DNA of 32,000 nt from assembly GCA_965224465.1 (NCBI GenBank), contig OZ245049.1:4470001-4502000 (forward strand), read 5' to 3'. The position numbers and the translations under genes are program-made. Positions 25,966 through 32,000 of the stretch are shown piece by piece (the stretch's first letter is position 1; each line of letters opens with the position of its first letter). Source of the DNA: Flavobacteriaceae bacterium. Lineage in GTDB: Bacteria; Bacteroidota; Bacteroidia; Flavobacteriales; Flavobacteriaceae. The notes under the pieces were generated by a model. That model was not told the DNA's origin, did no database searches, and saw only the letters and a list, made by a program, of their open reading frames with translations.

Positions 25966-26202
25966 TTCTGTAATTCTATTTTTTTGTGTAAAAATTATAA
26001 CCTAATAATCAATATTTTGATATGAAACAAAGAATTATTTTTAGTTTTATAATTTAAGTTCGGCAAATATACTACTTATTTAGACTTAATAAGGATAAGA
26101 ACGATCGCATTTAAGAATTTTAATGAACGTTGGTTAATTTTTACTAGTAAGTATCTGTAGATAAGCTTTATATAGAGGATGTGTAAAATGATATTGGTAT
26201 TA

Positions 26203-26313
26203 TAGCTAGGCGGAAAATGGATGGATAGCCGTAGCTATCGTTCTGTTTTTCAACAACGCTAGAACATAAAATAAACTATTTGTATAGGTCATTTTGGATT
26301 TTAATTGGTATTA
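26203..26313 (+). repeat. Intergenic repeat family, copy 3 (first unit of a tandem pair)
   Basis: tagctaggcggaaaatggatggatagc-cgta-gctatcgttctgtttttcaacaacgctag...attttggattttaattggtatta. Confidence 0.85.
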
Positions 26314-26424
26314 TAGCTAGGCGAAAATTCTTAGGATAGTCTTAGTTATCGTTCTGTTTTTCAACAACGCTAAAATGTATAAGATACTATTTATATTGGT
26401 GATTTTGGATTGTAATTGGTATCA
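26314..26424 (+). repeat. Intergenic repeat family, copy 4 (second, more diverged unit of the tandem pair)
   Basis: tagctaggcgaaaattcttaggatagtcttagttatcgttctgtttttcaacaacgctaa...attttggattgtaattggtatca. Confidence 0.8.
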
Positions 26425-26519
26425 ACAGGTAACTATAAGGGAAGGGGAGAGCACACATTAATTTAAAATCGAAACAACGAAGGCTGCTAAAGTATTTTGT
26501 AAAAGACAAGTGAAACAAT

Positions 26520-26550
26520 AAAAAAAAGCTTAATTCTATAGCTTCTTTTT
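26520..26550 (-). terminator. Candidate intrinsic terminator downstream of rnz, possibly bidirectional
   Basis: AAGCT-9 nt-AGCTT hairpin (26526-26544) flanked by an A8 run upstream and a T-rich run downstream on the + strand, which gives a U-tract on the - strand. The stem is weak. Confidence 0.35.
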
Positions 26551-26591
26551 ATGCCTATTTATTATTATAAAGTCGTGTTATTATAAAGTTA

Positions 26592-27506
26592 TTAAACGTC
26601 AAATTCTTTTCCTGCGGCTGCAAGTTCTGTGTTTTCAAATAGCTCTTGAGCTTCTTCTTTAAAGTCGTTGAGGTTTGTATATCGAGAAGAAAAATGACCG
26701 ATAATAAGTTTTTTGACATTTGCTGCTTTGGCTATTCTCCCTGCTTGTATGGCTGTAGAATGCATGGTGGTTTTTGCCAATTGGTCTAGGTCTTTTAAGA
26801 ATGTAGTTTCGTGATAAAGTAAATCACAATTTTTGATGATAGGGATAATGCTTTCTAGGTACATGGTATCGCTACAAAAGGCATAGGATTTGGGAGCTTT
26901 AGGAGCAAGAGTTAAAATGGTGTTTTTCACACTACTTCCATCGCTGTTTTTAAAGTCTTTTCCTAATTGTAAATTTCGATAATCACAACGTTGTATTTCA
27001 TCATTTTTGATGATTTTAGCCATGTTTAATTTACGTTTTCCTTCTTTTTCTTTAAAGAGGTATCCGTTTGTGTAAACTCTATGTTTTAATGGAATGGTAT
27101 GTACCTCTACGTTGTCATCTTCGTAGATTAATTCAGAAGATTTACTTGTTAATTCGTGAAAATAGAGTCCGTAATTAATCCAAGTTTTAGAAAGTTTTAA
27201 TTGAAGAGTGATTACTTCTTTTATTCCTTTTGGACCGTATATATGTAGCTCATTACTTCGTTTATGCAGCATAAATGTAGAGATAAGCCCAATCAAACCA
27301 TAAAAATGATCTCCGTGTAAATGAGAAATAAAAACACATTGAATTTTAGAAAACCGCAATTTATATTTACGCAACTGTACTTGTGTACCTTCGCCACAAT
27401 CAATTAAGAAAGTACGATTATTAATTTCTAAAAATTGTGAAGTAGGGTGTGCGTTTACTCGTGGAGTGGCTGAATGGCAACCTAAAATAGTGAGTTTTAG
27501 ACTCAT
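26592..27506 (-). CDS. rnz: Ribonuclease Z (metallo-beta-lactamase fold tRNA 3' endonuclease)
   Basis: 304 aa with LTILGCHSATP...FLIDCGEGTQ...FISHLHGDHFYGL (HxHxDH motif) and a C-terminal GHFSSRY. Confidence 0.9.
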   Translation of the reverse strand: MSLKLTILGCHSATPRVNAHPTSQFLEINNRTFLIDCGEGTQVQLRKYKLRFSKIQCVFISHLHGDHFYGLIGLISTFMLHKRSNELHIYGPKGIKEVITLQLKLSKTWINYGLYFHELTSKSSELIYEDDNVEVHTIPLKHRVYTNGYLFKEKEGKRKLNMAKIIKNDEIQRCDYRNLQLGKDFKNSDGSSVKNTILTLAPKAPKSYAFCSDTMYLESIIPIIKNCDLLYHETTFLKDLDQLAKTTMHSTAIQAGRIAKAANVKKLIIGHFSSRYTNLNDFKEEAQELFENTELAAAGKEFDV

Positions 27507-27865
27507 CTAATCACCAACCTTTTCGAAACTATTTCCGTATCGGTTTGTAGGGAGTAGATATACATGCCGTTTTGCAAGTCCTCTCTTTTAAAAGGAATGT
27601 AGTTTCTGCCTTTTTTTGTATGGATACGTTCCATAAAAACTGTTTTTCCAAGTAGGTTTTTTACAGTAAAGGTAACTATTTGTATTTCTGAAGAGGTGAA
27701 ATTGATGCGTGTTGAAACTTGGAACGGGTTAGGATACGCAGTTACTACGGTCAATGTTTTTAATGCTACTTTTTTTACAACTGTAGTTTTCCAAATATGT
27801 TGCTGTGCAATTATAGGGGAGCTTAGGAATAATAGTAAAGTTATAAATAGTAGTTTTTTCATCAA
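27503..27865 (-). CDS. Small secreted protein consisting of a signal peptide plus a T9SS type A C-terminal sorting domain
   Basis: MMKKLLFITLLLFLSSPIIAQ, then AYPNPFQVSTRINFTS...GMYIYSLQTDTEIVSKRLVIR (Por_Secre_tail pattern). Confidence 0.75.
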   Translation of the reverse strand: MMKKLLFITLLLFLSSPIIAQQHIWKTTVVKKVALKTLTVVTAYPNPFQVSTRINFTSSEIQIVTFTVKNLLGKTVFMERIHTKKGRNYIPFKREDLQNGMYIYSLQTDTEIVSKRLVIR

Positions 27866-27880
27866 TAGACATTTGTTTTT

Positions 27881-28213
27881 TTAAAATCCTAATTCTCGTT
27901 CTATGGCTTCCATTTGTAAAATATCTTCGGCCTCTGTAAATGTTGGTACAACTATCAGTTCTTCTGGTAGTTGATCCATATAAGTTTGAGTAGAAACAAT
28001 TACAAAAGACATGCCATTGTCTTTTGTTTCTGAATTTACAGTCAAAAATAGTAATAATTCTTGAATTGTAACGTTGTTTTTACAAGAAATATCAATAATT
28101 AGGTGTTGATTTTTAAATTCGTTGTTTTTTTTCGAGAATTCTGATAGAAAATTCTCAATAGAATTGCCGTCTAACGTTAGGCTTGTATACAATGCTGTTT
28201 TAGCTATAATCAT
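27881..28213 (-). CDS. Hypothetical protein (STAS-like fold suspected)
   Basis: 110-aa ORF packed between pyrB and the CTD gene (gaps of 6 and 15 bp). No catalytic motifs recognised. Confidence 0.4.
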   Translation of the reverse strand: MIIAKTALYTSLTLDGNSIENFLSEFSKKNNEFKNQHLIIDISCKNNVTIQELLLFLTVNSETKDNGMSFVIVSTQTYMDQLPEELIVVPTFTEAEDILQMEAIERELGF

Positions 28214-28219
28214 TGGTTC

Positions 28220-29149
28220 TTATCTTTTAATTTGCTGAGCCAATAAATAAATGACTGCCATTCTAACGGCAACTCCATTTTCTACTTGGTTTAAAATTAT
28301 AGATTGGTCAGCATCGGCTACATCACTTGTGATTTCTACACCTCTGTTAATGGGGCCGGGATGCATAATAATGATTTTTTTTGACAAGGCATCTAATAAA
28401 TCTTTATTTACCCCAAATAATTGTGTGTATTCTCTGGTAGAAGGGAAGTAGTTAATGTCCATACGTTCATTTTGAACTCGTAACATGTTGGCTACATCAC
28501 ACCATTCTAATGCTTTTTTTAAATTGGATTCTACTTCAACTCCTAGACTTTCAATATGTTTTGGGATCAAAGATTTTGGGCCACATACTTTTACATTGGC
28601 TCCTTGTAATTGCAATGCATAAATATTGGATAGTGCAACTCGGGAATGAAGGATGTCTCCTACAATTACTACATTTTTTCCTTTTACATTACCTAGTTTT
28701 TCTTTGATGGAATAGGAATCTAATAATGCTTGTGTGGGATGTTCATGGGTGCCGTCTCCTGCATTTATTATGCGGGCATTTACATTTTTTGATAAAAAAT
28801 CACAGGCTCCTACATGTGGATGCCGCATTACAATTAAATCTACTTTCATAGATAAAATATTATTGGCTGTGTCTATCAACGTTTCTCCTTTGGATACAGA
28901 AGATCCGCTTGCAGAAAAATTAATAACGTCTGCGGATAATCTTTTTTCTGCGAGTTCGAAAGATAATTTTGTTCGTGTGCTGTTTTCAAAAAATAGATTG
29001 GCAATGGTGATATCACGAAGTGAAGGGACTTTTTTTATAGGTCGGTTTATCACTTCTTTAAAATGATCAGCTGTATTGAATATCAATTGGATATCGGAAG
29101 CTTTTAAGTGTTTTATTCCTAAAAGATGTTGAACGCTAAGTTGATTCAT
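28220..29149 (-). CDS. pyrB: Aspartate carbamoyltransferase catalytic subunit
   Basis: STRTKLSFE, HEHPTQALLD and MHPGPINRGVEI motifs; 309 aa. Confidence 0.95.
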   Translation of the reverse strand: MNQLSVQHLLGIKHLKASDIQLIFNTADHFKEVINRPIKKVPSLRDITIANLFFENSTRTKLSFELAEKRLSADVINFSASGSSVSKGETLIDTANNILSMKVDLIVMRHPHVGACDFLSKNVNARIINAGDGTHEHPTQALLDSYSIKEKLGNVKGKNVVIVGDILHSRVALSNIYALQLQGANVKVCGPKSLIPKHIESLGVEVESNLKKALEWCDVANMLRVQNERMDINYFPSTREYTQLFGVNKDLLDALSKKIIIMHPGPINRGVEITSDVADADQSIILNQVENGVAVRMAVIYLLAQQIKR

Positions 29150-29153
29150 AGTG

Positions 29154-29693
29154 TTAATTGTTTTGTATGTAAACGGCGTCTAATCCGTCTTTTTCTTTCC
29201 ATTGAACCAATACTTTTTCTTCATTTATGACGTCTACTTGACGACCTAAATAGGTAGGTTGGATGGGTAAATGACGGCTAAATCGCCTGTCTATTAATAC
29301 AAGTAGTTCGATTTCTAAGGGGCGTCCAAAAGATTGAATGGCGGTGAGTGCAGCTCTGATACTACGTCCAGAATAGAGTACGTCATCTATAAAAACTACA
29401 TTTTTATTCTCTACAATAAAATCGATGTTTGTTTTATTGGCCTCAATAGGAATCTCTCTTCGCCTAAAATCGTCTCTATAAAAGGTAATATCAAGTTGTC
29501 CTAATTGAATATCATTTATTTCGTAGCTGTCTTGTAGGATGTTACGCAACCTTTCAGCCAAATGAATGCCTCTAGGTTGAATTCCAATTAAAACAGTTTC
29601 CGAAAAATCAGTGTGATTTTCGATCAGCTGGCAGGCCAATCGATTTAAAATGATATCAATTTCTTTCGCACTAAGCAGTATTTTTTGACTCAT
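29154..29693 (-). CDS. pyrR: Bifunctional pyrimidine operon regulator / uracil phosphoribosyltransferase
   Basis: PRPP-binding loop VVFIDDVLYSGRSIRAAL. I prefer the ATG at 29693 (MSQKILLSAKEI...) to the track's GTG at 29705. Confidence 0.88.
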   Translation of the reverse strand: MSQKILLSAKEIDIILNRLACQLIENHTDFSETVLIGIQPRGIHLAERLRNILQDSYEINDIQLGQLDITFYRDDFRRREIPIEANKTNIDFIVENKNVVFIDDVLYSGRSIRAALTAIQSFGRPLEIELLVLIDRRFSRHLPIQPTYLGRQVDVINEEKVLVQWKEKDGLDAVYIQNN

Positions 29694-29820
29694 AAGTTCC
29701 AACACGTTGTTTGGAGTACAAAATTACATATTTTTTGTTAATTAGATTGTTAAAAAGATTTTTGTTTTTTAGGGAACTTCCCCTATCTATTGCTTAATTT
29801 TGTCCAGTAAGAGAAACCCT

Positions 29821-31215
29821 ATGGAGGAGCAGTATTCAGAATATAATAAACCCTTGAAGAAATTTGAGTCGATGCTTAAGACTAATAATGTGTATTTTTT
29901 TGATTCTTTAGAATTCGAAGAGATTATACAGTATTATATAGACTCGGGAAAAACAGCTCTTGCAAAAAAAGCATTAATGCTTGGTTTGGAGCAGCATCCG
30001 ATGTCTATATCCTTAAAATTATTAGATGCAGAGATTCTGATTTTTGATAATAAATACGCTGCTGCCATTGAGATTTTGGATATCATTCAAGCAATGGAGC
30101 CTACCAACGAAGAGGTTTTTATTCAAAAAGCAACTATTTTTTCAAAAACAAATGCCCACGAGAAAGCGGTCGATATATTAAAAACGGCATTAGAATTTGC
30201 GGATGATAAAGCAGAAGTCTATGCGTTGTTAGGGATGGAATATTTGTTTTTATATAATTTTAAGGATGCTCGAGATAATTTTATAGCTTGTTTGGAAGCA
30301 GATTTTGAGGATTATTCTTCTCTTTATAATGTAGTCTATTGTTTTGATATGGAAAACAAGCATGTAGAAGCGATCGAGTTCTTAAAAGAATATATAGAAA
30401 AAGATCCTTACAGCGATGTTGCATGGCATCAGCTGGGACGTCAACATTACGTATTGGATCAGTTTAACGAGGCATTGCGTGCATTTGATTTCGCGGTCTT
30501 GGTAGACGAATTTTTTGTTGGAGCTTATATCGAAAAAGCTAAAACCCTTGAGAAATTAGAACGTTATAGTGAGGCAATTGAGAACTACAAGGCTACCTTG
30601 GAACTTGAAGATGCCACTACATTTGCCCTTTTACGGATAGGTGAATGTTATTTAGAACTTGAAGATTTCGGAAATGCCTTAAAGTTTTACAAGCGTACGG
30701 TTCACGAAGATCCATTATTAGATAAGGGATGGATGGCCTTATCTTCCATTTATTATAAACAGAAGGATTATGAAAAGTCGCTATATTATATTAACAAAGC
30801 CTTGGATATTGATGAGGTTAACACGGCATATTTAAGACGTTTTGGAGAAATAAATATCAAACTTAGTTTTTACGAAGAAGCTGTAAAGGTTTTTGAAACA
30901 TGTATAGAACTAGGAGATGATGATTTGGATATTTGGTTGGCATTGATAGATGTACAGTATTTTCTAGGAGATTTTGAACTGGCAATGGACAGCTTAAAAA
31001 AAGCAGATACAGTGCATGCAGATTCTCCCGAATTGAATTATAGATTGTCTTGTTTTCATTTTCTTTTTGATACAGAAGAAAACGGTGTGTATTACCTGAA
31101 AAAAGCCTTGGGAATTGATTTTGATTACCATCTAATAATCAAGGAAATGTATCCATCCGTTTTTGATTTACACGTAGTGCAAGATATTGTGAGTTTTTAC
31201 AAATTTTCTTTCTAA
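29821..31215 (+). CDS. Tetratricopeptide-repeat protein
   Basis: Repeated 34-residue A/Y/L-rich helical pairs throughout (e.g. AWHQLGRQHYVLDQFNEALRAFDFAV, YYKQKDYEKSLYYINKAL). I prefer the ATG at 29821 to the TTG at 29800. Confidence 0.8.
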   Translation: MEEQYSEYNKPLKKFESMLKTNNVYFFDSLEFEEIIQYYIDSGKTALAKKALMLGLEQHPMSISLKLLDAEILIFDNKYAAAIEILDIIQAMEPTNEEVFIQKATIFSKTNAHEKAVDILKTALEFADDKAEVYALLGMEYLFLYNFKDARDNFIACLEADFEDYSSLYNVVYCFDMENKHVEAIEFLKEYIEKDPYSDVAWHQLGRQHYVLDQFNEALRAFDFAVLVDEFFVGAYIEKAKTLEKLERYSEAIENYKATLELEDATTFALLRIGECYLELEDFGNALKFYKRTVHEDPLLDKGWMALSSIYYKQKDYEKSLYYINKALDIDEVNTAYLRRFGEINIKLSFYEEAVKVFETCIELGDDDLDIWLALIDVQYFLGDFELAMDSLKKADTVHADSPELNYRLSCFHFLFDTEENGVYYLKKALGIDFDYHLIIKEMYPSVFDLHVVQDIVSFYKFSF

Positions 31216-31251
31216 GAAAAGAGTACATTTGTGTTCAAATATTGAAGACAG

Positions 31252-32000
31252 ATGCAAAAAAGAAGATGTATTGATTATCTTATTATTACCTTAAAAGGTA
31301 TAGCTATGGGAGCTGCAGATGTGGTCCCTGGCGTATCAGGAGGTACCATTGCTTTTATTTCAGGGATTTACGAAGAATTATTAGATTCCATAAGTTCGGT
31401 AAATTTAGCTGCTTTAAAAACATTAAAAGACAAAGGTTTTAAGTGTTTTTGGGAGGCAATTAACGGTAGCTTTTTGGCAGCATTATTTTTGGGAGTAGGG
31501 ATTAGTGTGGCTTCTTTGGCTAAACTGATTGCGTATCTCTTAGATGAACATGCCATCTTATTATGGTCGTTCTTTTTTGGATTGGTACTCGCGAGTGTGC
31601 TATACGTAGCAAAACAAATCACAAAGTGGTCTGTATTGAATGTCTTATTATTAATAATTGGCGCTTTTTTAGCTTTTTATATCACTACATTAACGCCTGT
31701 TACAAGCAACGAAATAGCTCCCCTTTATTTGTTCCTTTGCGGTGCTTTAGCTATTTGTGCTATGATTTTACCAGGGATTTCGGGATCATTTATTTTGGTG
31801 TTATTAGGAGCTTATCGCCATGTTTTGGATTCTGTACATGAGCGTGATTTAAAATCTATTGCTATTATTGGAGCAGGAGCTCTTGTGGGAATACTCACTT
31901 TTTCTAGATTGTTAAAATGGCTGTTTACCCATTATAAAAACGCAACGTTGGCTGTGTTAACTGGTTTTATTGTAGGATCTCTTAATAAGATTTGGCCTTG
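31252..32000 (+). CDS. DUF368 family integral membrane protein, 3' end beyond the window
   Basis: Open frame from ATG 31252 to the window edge; absent from the ORF track because it has no stop. GAADVVPGVSGGTIAFISG and a second ILPGISGSFILVLLG motif are typical of DUF368. Confidence 0.8.
   Translation, partial: MQKRRCIDYLIITLKGIAMGAADVVPGVSGGTIAFISGIYEELLDSISSVNLAALKTLKDKGFKCFWEAINGSFLAALFLGVGISVASLAKLIAYLLDEHAILLWSFFFGLVLASVLYVAKQITKWSVLNVLLLIIGAFLAFYITTLTPVTSNEIAPLYLFLCGALAICAMILPGISGSFILVLLGAYRHVLDSVHERDLKSIAIIGAGALVGILTFSRLLKWLFTHYKNATLAVLTGFIVGSLNKIWP

Noticed and set aside
26064-26071. TATATTTG (- strand) matching the Bacteroidetes -7 promoter consensus TAnnTTTG, about 100 nt upstream of the TonB receptor ATG
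   Set aside because: Such octamers are expected by chance many times in DNA this AT-rich. Without a mapped 5' end it cannot be distinguished from background, so it is not listed as a feature.
26186-26424. Possible CRISPR array, because of tandem repeats in an intergenic region
   Set aside because: The units are about 110 bp long and directly abutting, with no unique spacers. Only two units are present and no cas genes are nearby. This is a tandem duplication of the dispersed repeat family, not a CRISPR.
29771-29784. Palindrome AGGGAACTTCCCCT between pyrR and the TPR gene as a PyrR-binding attenuator
   Set aside because: It forms only a 4-6 bp stem with a minimal loop. It lacks the PyrR binding-loop consensus (ARUCCAGAGAGGYU-like) and has no adjacent terminator/antiterminator alternative that I could find.
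31368-31841. Track ORFs 31368..31622 (-) and 31563..31841 (+)
   Set aside because: Both overlap the long open frame starting at 31252, which carries the DUF368 signature motifs. The track missed that frame only because it runs off the window.

Overview
Low-GC window that looks like Bacteroidota, probably Flavobacteriia. Support: a T9SS C-terminal sorting domain, a GldA/F/G-type ABC transporter, a TonB-dependent receptor with a CarboxypepD_reg-like N-terminus, and no Shine-Dalgarno sites. It reads as four modules, and copies of one ~105-bp intergenic repeat sit at the boundaries. (1) 1-3795, + strand: an array of start-less orphan polymorphic-toxin C-terminal cassettes, one GH-E/HNH-like and one PD-(D/E)xK-like. 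Each follows the same junction sequence and is followed by immunity-like genes. A third junction copy is truncated, and a 327-bp near-perfect direct repeat brackets the unit. (2) 3970-14567, - strand: a type I restriction-modification island, hsdM-hsdS...hsdR. Passenger genes lie between hsdS and hsdR: KTSC, an hsdS 3' remnant, RhuM, a small probably frameshifted gene, a PD-(D/E)xK nuclease and an AlbA_2/HATPase_c_4 regulator. An intact IS1595-family element with an 8-bp target duplication sits upstream of hsdM. (3) 16439-25965, - strand: a tight six-gene operon. It encodes a TonB-dependent receptor interrupted by one in-frame TGA, a lamin-tail-like lipoprotein, a second beta-barrel, a ChaN-like protein, an ABC ATPase and a fused GldF/GldG-like permease. 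(4) 26592-32000: housekeeping genes, pyrR-pyrB-x-(T9SS CTD mini-protein)-rnz on the - strand, then a TPR protein and a DUF368 membrane protein on the + strand. I recognised no rRNA, tRNA or CRISPR. All family assignments come from motif recognition by eye and were not confirmed by any search.
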